The notes beneath the pieces were generated by a model, which was given only the letters and a program-made list of their open reading frames with translations, made no database searches and was not told the origin of the DNA. Below, one piece after another: positions 53,111-64,000 of a stretch of 64,000 nt of DNA. The first letter of the stretch is position 1; each line of letters begins with the position of its first letter. The stretch is taken from NCBI RefSeq assembly GCF_006345805.1, contig NC_043003.1:310001-374000 (forward strand), in the 5' to 3' direction. This DNA comes from Octopus sinensis. Its lineage: Eukaryota. A program made the position numbers and the translations under genes.

Positions 53111-54243
53111 AACGGCAACAAATCAAAACGTCGGCAGCAGGGCATGTATTTAGTTATAGGCAGGACCTAACAGATCAGATTCCTGGCTTTGAACTAGCAG
53201 GGTGTCATGCAGAGGACCTTGAATACAAGACAATGGATGAGACCCTAATATTCTTAGTTAGATGGAAACTGCGGGACCATATGGAACAGCGCCCTGTGAT
53301 TCCTATAGCATGCACAACCGAAACGCCTACGAAAGGGGCCTCCTATAGGACGACCTAGATGAGATGAGATATATTCAGAATTTCCATCACCAAATTTTAT
53401 AATTTTTTAAATTTGTCCTTGAAGTTTCCCCTTCATCCAACTCCGTGACGCAGTGTATTAGTTTCCACTTGCTCTCCAGTAAAGGTGAATAAATAAATAA
53501 ATAAATAAATAAATAAAAAAAAGGAAACGAGATAAAAACCGAACATTATCTAGGCCACAATCTTTCAAGATGCCTTTGGATACGTAATTCAAAGAAATTG
53601 GCACAGCCCTTACAGTACATGTAGTGCGGTAACAGCACAAATCCATCTGATATAAACACACACGTTAAAGCGTTTCAGTTTACCGAATGGCCGTAGTAAT
53701 GGATACATTTACTTCAGTTTCGGTTGCAGCTGGTTTTGCTGTTGCTGCTGCTGATGTTGATGATGATGGTGATGATGATGATGAGAACGATGATGACGAT
53801 GGTATGAAAATTATGACATCCATTGGCATGGTTATAGAAGCAGTGGTGGTGGTTCAGCTGATGGTGGAACTAATAATGGAAGGGGCGACGGCGTTGGCTG
53901 TGATGATGAATAATGGAAGAACACGATACTCGTGATGGCGGTGGTGTTAGCACTAAGTTAGCTCTGATGCAGCAGACTTATCATTAGAAGCATCCCAACC
54001 ATGGCCATCTCATTTTTTCTTCAGGTATTGTGTGCCCTACACGACATTGTGCTCATTCTTTTCTAAAAAGATAGGATGTAACTTGAGGGAGATTTGACTG
54101 CTATATACACTAAACCGAGCGACCAGGTGGGAACTCCAGTAAAAGCCATTAATTGTGATGGTTTTAGTAGTGTTGTTGTTGGTGGTGGTGGTAGTTGTAG
54201 TACTTGTAGCAATAGCAATGTGAGTGTCTCTGTATGTGTAATT

Positions 54244-54300
<57 letters not shown>

Positions 54301-54390
54301 AAGAAGAGAGAGAGAGAAGAGAGAGGTAGATAGATTTAAATATAGGCATGTACGTATAAATATATATATATATATATGTCTCTATATATA

Positions 54391-54439
<49 letters not shown>

Positions 54440-54507
54440 GTCTATATATATGTCTATATATATATGTCTATACATATATGTCTATATATATATATATATA
54501 TATAGAC

Positions 54508-54783
<276 letters not shown>

Positions 54784-55602
54784 ACAAAACGCATATACAC
54801 AAAACGCATATACGCACACACACACCCCACACAGATACATCCAACAGACATAGACACACATGAACAAACACATACACACTAACGCACACGCAACGCACTA
54901 ACAAACATTAACCACACACACACGCACACACGCACACACGCACACACGCACACACGCACACACGCACACACGCACACACACAAACGGGCACACATATACA
55001 CACACCATCCTACCAAATTTTTTAAAAAACACACATCTATTTACACCACAATGGACCCTGGGACCAATCAAAAACAGCCCCCCCCCACACAAACACATAT
55101 ATACACACACACAAAGACACACATACTCACACCATTCTGACCTCCATACAGACACACGCGGCACCATGCCAAATGCCAATCACACACACACATACATACA
55201 TACATACATACATACATACATACATACATACATACATACATACATACATACATACATACACACACACAACACCAAGACAATCACACACACGGTCGACAAA
55301 CGGGCACGTATATACACACACCATCCTACCAGATTTTACAAACACACAGACACATCTATTCACACCACATATGTATATACACACACACACTCAAACTATT
55401 CTCACCTCTAAAAGACCAATCCATCAAATCATTGATGCTTGAAGGAGAGACAAAAAGGAGAAATTATTTTCAGTTCCACATTACTCCTCCTTGCCCCCCA
55501 CCCAAACACACCTACTGTGTCCCTTGAAATAGATAACATTATTTTACATTAATATGGTGGACAGCTCCCCTACTATTATAATGTAAACCTTTTTGAACTC
55601 AT

Positions 55603-56034
55603 AATATTCTGTGCGTGTATACCAATATTCCACTGAACATTTTCATAATTCCTTCTGGAAATTATCTTGAGAATGTATAATATATTTGTTGTAATCTTTT
55701 GTGCCCAATATTTCAATGAACTTGTTAAACTTTTTTATGTTCTCAACATGCTCTTGTCACCAAAGAATGTATATTTATATATGGATTGTAGTACTCTGTG
55801 TCAACCAATATTCTGTGCGTGTTTGAATATACAGATACAATGCCAATATCCCACTGAACTTTTTAATAATTCCTTCTGGAAACTATCTTCAACATGTCCT
55901 TGAGAATGTATATTTATGTTGTAATCTTTTGTGCCCAATATTTTAAGGAATTTGTTAAACTTTTTTATGTCCTTAACATGTCCTTGTTACCAAAGACTGT
56001 ATATATGTATTGTAGCATTTTGTGACAACCAATA
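55603..56034. repeat. Diverged tandem duplication, ~204-bp period
   Basis: AATATTCTGTGCGTGT.. starts at 55603 and 55807. Confidence 0.85.
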
Positions 56035-56069
56035 ATCAACGCAAATATACTGAATAGAAAATGATTGAG

Positions 56070-57395
56070 AAATAAAAAATATCTCACAATGCATTTGCAG
56101 TACCAGTGATGATCCCAACATTTGGGATACTTGATTGGTCTGTAGAGGAAATCCACTCCATAGATATCAAAGCCCGCAAAATCCTGGCAACAACTGGGGA
56201 CTTCCACAGAAACAGAGATCTGGACAGACTCTACCTAAGAAGAAATGATGGTGGTAGAGGTGTGAGATCAGTGCAATCGGCCTTCGAATGCCCTATGGTA
56301 TCACTCAGGCAGCACCTGCTGAACAACGGCAGCAAAAATAAATATATGAATGCAGCCCTGAAAAGTGAAGTGAGCAACGTTGTAGGAGTTGGCAGGGAAC
56401 TCCTCAAGAAACACTCTCTTCCTGGTGATCTTCTGTACAGCCCCAAAACAGCTGGGTCTTCTTGCTTCAGAGAAGACCTGGATGCAAAGCACTTAGCATA
56501 CAAAAAAAAAAGACTATGCATGGGTATGTTGCCCGGAAGCTTAAAGAAGACAGTAGAATTGACACGAAGCGTAGCCTCTCTTGGCTTGGACACAAGACCA
56601 CTACATCACATCACACTTTGAGGGCTATGCATTTGCAATCCAGGAACAGGAGATTGCTACAAAGCACCTGGTGAACAAGAGGGACAGAGTCGCTCTTGCA
56701 ATCCCAAGGTGCAACCGCATGTGTAGGCTATGTCATGTTTCTGAGGAAGACATCGCGCATGTGATTAGCGGCTGTCCTAAAATGTCGTCCCTACGCGGCA
56801 CGATGTTGTCGCTAAAACAATTTACAATACCATCCGCAAAAAAGACTGTCCTGAAATAAACTTAGAAGATCCCTCTGTTATGGAATACATTCATAAACAC
56901 CAACTCAAGGAATACTGGTGGAATATTCCCATCAAAACTTCTGTCAAATGTAAACATAACAGGCCGGATATCGTTGTTTGGGACAGAGGGGCAAAGGTAT
57001 GTACAATCATAGAGGTCAGCTGCCCTGCAGATATGAGTAACTCTTTGAAAATAAAAGAAAAAGATGATATCTATGGACAACTGCTTCGAAACTTCCAGCT
57101 TCTATATCCAGACTATGAATTCATATTCATACCAATAATAATTGGAGCACTAGGTTTTGTTAGTAAATGCTTAAAGGAGAATCTGGATAAACCGGGATTT
57201 CCAGGAAGAGAAATCGACCAGCTAATTCGTACATTACAAGTGCAATCTGTGAGTGGAACAATAAAAATATGCAAGACTTTACTTAAGTTCCAAATGTGAA
57301 TTTGTCTCTGTTAACTACATCCCAAAGATGGAGCCTTGCATCTTTGTTGGAAACCGGCTCCCTCCTCAGGGAAAGATTTATGATAATTAAAAAAT
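56070..57395 (+). mobile_element. RLE-type (R4/NeSL-like) non-LTR retrotransposon 3' half, frameshifted
   Basis: DRLYLRRNDGGRG; CRLCHVSEEDIAHVISGC (CCHC); HNRPDIVVWD..IIEVSCP..K (RLE). Confidence 0.9.
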
Positions 57396-57463
57396 AGAAG
57401 AGACATACATACATAGATACAAACACACACACCGGTATACGCATACATATGTCTCTCTCTCTC

Positions 57464-57494
<31 letters not shown>

Positions 57495-58124
57495 TTACCA
57501 AAATACATGCATATATATATGTGTGTGTGTATGTGTGTGTATGTATGAATGTATGCATGTGTGTGTATATATTTATTTATTTATTCATTCTTTCATTGAC
57601 ACTCTTATATAAGCACTCTGCACCCATATATTAATAGACACATGTAAAAGGACGTTTATGCACGCGTATGTATTTTTCTTTCCCTGTTAATATAAAATAC
57701 ACCCTAACCCTAACAACCCTGTGCCTTGAATGATTTGTGCATATCTTGCACTCGTGCATACGCATGGCTGACTTTCTTGCAAATACACACGTTATACCGT
57801 ACATATTTGTTCATTTGCGCGGAAACACCTCTTTAAACTAACGACTGCACCTATTTCGTACCTCACTCCAGAGCCTCTAACCCTCTTCTCATGTATGCTG
57901 CTGCGTAAGATTTCCTTACGTGAATTCATGCACAAGCAGCAAAATTATATTTATGTGCACATGCTTATACAAGTCTATGTGTTCTGATGTTTTTTGTATC
58001 CTTGCACGATCGTTTACACTTGATTACACATTATGGGTGCTAGTGTACCTAGAGTACGTATGTTGTCTTGTCAGCTTGAATATGTCCGTAAGCATGCTGC
58101 ATGCCTCTACCTACTCCGAGATGC

Positions 58125-58176
<52 letters not shown>

Positions 58177-58195
58177 TATATATTATATATATATA

Positions 58196-58230
<35 letters not shown>

Positions 58231-58257
58231 AAATACATACATATATGTATATGTATG

Positions 58258-58344
<87 letters not shown>

Positions 58345-58401
58345 CATACATATACATATATGTATGTATTTTATATCTATCTATCTATCTATCTATCTAT
58401 A

Positions 58402-58437
<36 letters not shown>

Positions 58438-58526
58438 TGTATGTATGTATGTATGTATGTATGTGTGTATACCAAAGGCATTTGATAAGGTAGATCATGG
58501 CATGATGAGTCATAAGCTTCGAGAGC

Positions 58527-59395
58527 TTGGCATTGCTGCATGACTTCCTTAAAAACAGAAGTCAGGTAGTTGCATCCAATAGCGTCCTAACTGGTGTCCC
58601 CCAGGGAACTGTTCTGGGGCCATTTCTGTTCATAATAACCCTCTTAGACATGTTCCCAGTCACTCGGACAGCTACTATCACTAGCTATGCCGACGATACA
58701 AAATTATCACAGCCTATAAAAAACCAAGATGATGTCACAGGCTTACAGCGAGACCTGAACTCAATATGCGACTGGGCCGAAATAAACAACATGCAGTTTA
58801 ATGCTGGACAATTTCGAGCACTGCACTATCAACTCATGAATACAGTACAATGTACATCTACAGGACTGGAAGGCAGTACAATCCCAGAGTCAGAGGCAGT
58901 GGAAGACTTGGGGATCAATTCGTGCAATGACGCATCATTTTATATGCACATTAGCAAGATGGCAGCAAAGTGCAGACAACTGGCAGGATGGATACTGAGG
59001 TCCTTCAAGACAAGAAACCAAGAAATTATGTTGATCCTGTGGAGAACCTTTGTTCTCAGCCGCCTCGACTACTGTTCCCAGGTATGGTTAACACATAGCG
59101 CCAAACTAACAGCGGAGCTTGAAGCAGTCCAACACCACTTCACTACAAAGGCTGAAACAGGGCAGCGGATGAGCTACAGGGATAGGCTGAGAAAACTACA
59201 GCTTTACTCCCTGGAGCAAAGGCGTGAGAGATATGCAACAATATACACATGGAAAATCCCAGAAGGGCTAGTACCTAACTTTAGCATTGAGTGTTATACA
59301 AATGCCAGAACTGGCCGTCTTTGTATTGTACCAAAGGTATTATCCACTCCATCTCAATTCAGGACCAGGTATTGCAATAGTCTAAGAAATAAAAA
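58527..59395 (+). mobile_element. CR1/L2-like LINE reverse transcriptase fragment
   Basis: GVPQGTVLGPFLF, YADDTK, DLGI, SRLDYCSQVW and YSLEQRRERY. Confidence 0.9.
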
Positions 59396-59494
59396 AATAA
59401 AATAAAATAAAAGTGATTCATGGGATTAGCGTCGCATTCGAACCAATTAACCTTCTATTCATAAGTTGTAAGTTAGCGATCAATGTAAATTATA

Positions 59495-59743
59495 CAGGGT
59501 GTTCAAAAAGTCTCTCTGCAATCCTAACCTTCACGTGGTCCATACCGCGTCAGACTCTCCAAGATGTATTTCAAAACATGTGTAGAAGAGTCAACTTATC
59601 TATTGAAAACGAAGGAAGACACTTTCAACACCTCTTATAAAGTATTTTAAAGTCTAACATATTCTTTTGTAGTCTTATACCATCTTATTAATATTTATTT
59701 TGCCATAAAATCCTTACTGCGGAGAGACTTTTTGAACACCCTG
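59495..59743 (+). mobile_element. Tc1/mariner MITE
   Basis: 26-bp TIRs CAGGGTGTTCAAAAAGTCTCTC(T/C)GCA with TA TSD; retains the transposase end ENEGRHFQHLL-stop. Confidence 0.9.
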
Positions 59744-59987
59744 TAGATTACAAATATGTGAATTTTTAGACTGATCCCACTAGCATTCTGCATATAATGG
59801 ATTCACTTTATTTTTAATTCTTTACTATCTTTAATTATTGGTAAATCCAACTGTTTTATTTTTACAAATATTTTTATTTTCATTCGCACAAATGTTCTAC
59901 TTCACAATTTCTTTTCACTTCACAAAGCTTTCTTCTATATCCGTGCGAAGATTTTTAAAAATACTATAACATTTAAAAATTCTATAA

Positions 59988-60238
59988 CGTTTCGGGGATG
60001 TGCCAATCAATACTAGATATATCAGTACTTAAAATAGTACTTAAAATTGGCACTCTCCTCGTCAGGATGTCCTATACAACACATATAAAACATGAAAAAA
60101 CACACAAATACATAGTGTGTTTGTGTTTGTTCATGTTTTATATGTGTTGTATAGGACATTCTGACGAGGAGAGTGCCAATTTTAAGTACTATTTTAAGTA
60201 CTGATATGTCTAGTATTGATTGGCACATCCCCGAAACG
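59988..60238. repeat. ~250-bp near-perfect palindrome
   Basis: ~115-bp arms with about 3 mismatches; centre near 60113. Confidence 0.97.
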
Positions 60239-60249
60239 GCCCGTAGATG
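60157..60249 (+). ncRNA. Type I hammerhead ribozyme, fully canonical core
   Basis: Stem I CATT/GATG; CTGACGA (60161-67); G10.1-C11.1 and long stem II with GTGCCAAT/ATTGGCAC; GAAA (60233-36); stem III ACG gcc CGT; GUA cleavage after 60245. Confidence 0.85.
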
Positions 60250-60704
60250 ATGGACTTATATTTCTGTAAGCTTGTATATGTATTATATTTTATGTACTAT
60301 TCGCCGGAATTTTACTCGTGTCTTGATATGCTATACATATATATTTATATTTTTATTTTATTATCACTATATTTATTCCTCTTATTCTAACAGTTTTAAG
60401 CGTGTTAAATGCAAAATTTATATTTATATTTATTTTTATATTTATATTTGTATTTATATTTTTATTTGTATATGATACTTATATATTATTGAATTTTTAA
60501 ATTTCTAATATGTCGGACTGTATAGATATAAACTAGTATATAAGATTTGCATGTGTTTGGTCTATCTTTGAATTTTGTGGTGTTCCTGTGGTTGTTGCTC
60601 CTATTGCCTCCCCTTGGAATAAAAAGTGTATACAGCTCATTGGAGTACTTCTATTTCCAGTCCGTTGTATATCTTGAGTGTTGTTGTCACTCAAGATATA
60701 ACTT

Positions 60705-60736
<32 letters not shown>

Positions 60737-60739
60737 TGG

Positions 60740-60930
60740 GTACAGGACGTCAACAACTGTAAACAACATGAAGTACGAAAACAAATGAGTTAAATACGCA
60801 AACAACGAGAGAAACAAATGGAAAACAGGACAAGTAGCACAAAGAACGACCCTTCAACAGTTGTCGGCTGTCTGTCTACTCCTCATTTCGAGCATTCAAC
60901 AACAATATAACTCTTCGAAGGCAGTTGCTC
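60740..60930 (-). mobile_element. pLTR-like module with degenerate hammerhead and GTACAGGA terminus
   Basis: Same layout as 29382-29580: decayed fold, then CTGTTGAAGGG, a T-rich tail and (TA)n. Confidence 0.4.
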
Positions 60931-60937
60931 CCATATA

Positions 60938-60979
<42 letters not shown>

Positions 60980-61258
60980 GCATGTACTTATATACATGTA
61001 CACACACACACACACTCACTGACGCACATTCGTATATTCTTACATGATTTCAAATTCATATTTCTAATCCTATCTCACACTGTGAGGACATAATTTCCTC
61101 CCTTTGTATTAACGGCCATCCAGAAGGTCACGCGCGCGCGCGCAAGTGTGTGTGTGTGCATGTACGTATGATGGAATCTTCCATCAAAGAGAGTCGTATG
61201 AGATTCAGACTTTTCCGAACGACATGCAACGACTGATTTGTTTATAGCAAATGTTTGT

Positions 61259-61485
61259 TATTTCTTTATTGCCCACAAGGGGCTAAACATAGAGGGGACA
61301 AACAAGGACAGACAAACGGATTAAGTCGATTACATCGACCCCAGTGCGTAACTGGTACTTAATTTATCGACGTCGAAAGGATGAAAGGCAAAGTTGACCT
61401 CGGCGGAATTTGAACTCACAACGTAACGGCAGAGGAAATACCGCTAAGCATTTCGCCCGGCGTGCTAACGCTTCTGCCAGCCCCT
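61259..61485 (-). mobile_element. SINE family B
   Basis: Reverse complement of the 52040-52270 family. Confidence 0.85.
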
Positions 61486-61499
61486 CACCGCCTGGATAC

Positions 61500-61712
61500 C
61501 GATCAAATGTTTGTGTTGTACATTAGCTCACCCCCTCCATCAAATCGACATTGTCTGATCATGCGCACGGTGTACCACACGTCTGATGTCAAAGCAGAAC
61601 AACGTGAGATGAAGTGCTTTGCTCAAGAAGGCAACAAAACAGATGGTCTAGGAATTGAAACCACGATCTCGCGATCGGGAATGCAACTCTTTAACCACTA
61701 AGCCATGCATCA
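61500..61712 (-). mobile_element. tRNA-derived SINE (other family)
   Basis: Minus strand TGGCTTAGTGG A box and GGTTTCAATTCC B box. Confidence 0.6.
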
Positions 61713-61822
61713 TCTTTATATGCATGTGTGTGTGTATGTATATATATAACTTCCTGATCTCCATTTACTTTTCTTCTTTTAACTGTATATAATATATATA
61801 TATATATATATATACATATATA

Positions 61823-61900
<78 letters not shown>

Positions 61901-63029
61901 ATATACACCTATCGGTTGATGTCTATTTTTTTCAGTATGCGTACAAATACACCTGATAAGTGTCCACGTATTTCTTATACATATACTTAAATCAACATCA
62001 GCATTGTATACATGTACATACTCATTTATATATACATGCGTAATACACCAACAAACGTATCACGAAGCTGCCCTCCTTAACACAAACAAGTACAAATCTC
62101 CACACCCGTTCAAATTTCTTCTCCTTCCTGTCACCATATTTTCATATAACCCCTACTTTCAGGCACAGTATATTAGATTCAATTACTCCCTAAAATCCTT
62201 TTTACCCCTTAAATAGCCACCCTTACTAATCCCACTACATTCCACATACCCAGTCTGAGAGGCACGTACACAAGTATTCACCCAAGCGTATTCACCGCCT
62301 CCGGCTATTGCCTATTGTTCAGCCCTATCTAAAGGATAATCCCTGAGATTTAATCTAAAATTAGATTACGTATCCAGATGTTGTTTATTGACGTCACTTG
62401 CAGAGGAAATTATAGTCAATTTTTATTACTCCCTAAATTCCTTTAGCCTAATTAACAAAATGAATCTCACCTACAAACCCTAATGCATTTCGCATGCATC
62501 CAAACCTTCATATATGCACACATTCAATTATTTATAACAGAAGCAATATTAATACCAAAATGTAATCTTTATAGCTAATACCGAATACTGCGCTTTTAGC
62601 CTTGTTAGATCCTCTCATATGTGTGTGCCTTTGTGCAGCAGGTGTCTATATGATACGCAGATAATTGCATTCTATAAACTTTTCATGCAATAAATTCAAA
62701 ATATTGTTGGCCAAAAATGCGCTAAACCCTCTTTGTCAAAACAAAACTGTCTAACACTGTGCTAGGGAGCGAGTTAGGTCTATACCAAGCTGATGAGATA
62801 AAATAGGGACCAAAATACTGCGTCCATAGTTATCGCTTGCCTCCAACGATCACACTCTTGTTTTCTTAAGCATGTTATTTCATTCAAGAATTTATTTTAA
62901 ATACTCTCTCTTTCGTTACTGAGTTTCTTAATAATTGCCGCTAGATTTTAGGTTTCTTTTCTGTCACAGAAAAAAAAGTTATCCATTGCTAAAAAAACGA
63001 AAAGAAAACATACATACATGCGCTCAAAA

Positions 63030-63275
63030 TCAGTGGGAAGGAGAATACCTATGGATAACTGTTTTGAAAACTGCAGCTTTTCTACCCAGATCAAAAATGT
63101 TCATTCATATCAGTAATCATTGGTGCACTTAGTTATGTTAGTAAATGTCTAAGCAACATTCTAAAGAAGCTGGGATTTTCAAGCAAAGAAAGAGGCCTGA
63201 TGACAGGAACTTTGCAGATACAGTAGGTGGAATAGCAAAATTGTGTAAGACTTTCTTAATGTTTGATTGGTAACA
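63030..63275 (+). mobile_element. Old RLE-type LINE C-terminal remnant
   Basis: YPD..FISVIIGALSYVSKCLSNILKKLGF..KLCKTFL aligns by eye with the end of 56880-57299. Confidence 0.65.
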
Positions 63276-63794
63276 ATTATCGTTGTCGTTATCCAAATTC
63301 CAAAGATGGCACTTTTGTTTACTTGTTGGAAACGAGTTTCCTCTTTCTAAGATTATAAATAAATTTGGAAAAAAAATAAGAAATAAAGGAAAGAGAATAA
63401 ATAGTGAAAGCATACAAACATACACACAGACAGACATGCACACAATTTTATAATAATTAGAAACATTAGTAAATTGTTTGAAAAATAATGAAAGGTAAAC
63501 AAGCTGAAATTTCCAGAACGCCTCCAGCCACTTCACGTCTACTGACATGCTGTATTTGTGTTGCAAGAAGCTTCGCGTTTGCAAACTTTTTTCTGTGTTA
63601 AGTTAACAAGCGTTTGTTTGCTTTTCAACAAAAATGGTCCATTAATGTCATACAACTAAATTCCAATCAAATCATCGCTCAAATATTCATTTATTTGTAC
63701 ATTATACACGTACTAAACTATCTTCTCTTATGTCTGCATGTACGTGTTTCGGATATTATACAGACGTTTATGAGTGATTGTGTTACACTGTACG

Positions 63795-63851
<57 letters not shown>

Positions 63852-64000
63852 CGTGTGTGCGTGTGTGTGTGCGTGCATGCGTGTGTGTAATGTAATGTAA
63901 AACTCGACAATATGTGAATAATGTGAAAAATAGAGACAGAAACGCGATAGATAGATAGATATGTTTCTTTATTAGCCACACAGGGCTGCACACAGATAGA

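Noticed and set aside
57701-57720. Telomeric repeat (CCCTAA)
   Set aside because: Only about two units; not an array

Overview
Eukaryotic, very AT-rich, microsatellite-saturated DNA. The SINE, LINE and Helitron repertoire looks cephalopod, most likely Octopus (inference from repeat style only). I could not support any host protein-coding gene, rRNA, true tRNA or CRISPR array. The window reads as intergenic or intronic sequence built from decayed mobile elements: RTE, CR1-like and R4/Dong-like (RLE) LINE fragments, several tRNA-derived SINE families, mariner, Tc1 and DD41D-type transposons and MITEs, non-autonomous Helitrons, and a Penelope-type GIY-YIG remnant. Nearly all long ORFs in the supplied track are microsatellite artefacts. 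The main signal not explained by the ORF track is a dense set of short non-coding modules anchored in (TA)n or (AAT)n tracts. They carry type I hammerhead ribozyme folds (about 8 good or moderate folds plus several remnants, from mostly unrelated sequence families). They are often arranged as inverted partial duplications and sometimes as tandem or circularly permuted copies. This matches non-autonomous Penelope pseudo-LTR or retrozyme-like elements, including atypical catalytic-core variants and one possible tRNA-headed SINE-ribozyme hybrid. All folds were inspected by eye; none was computed or tested.
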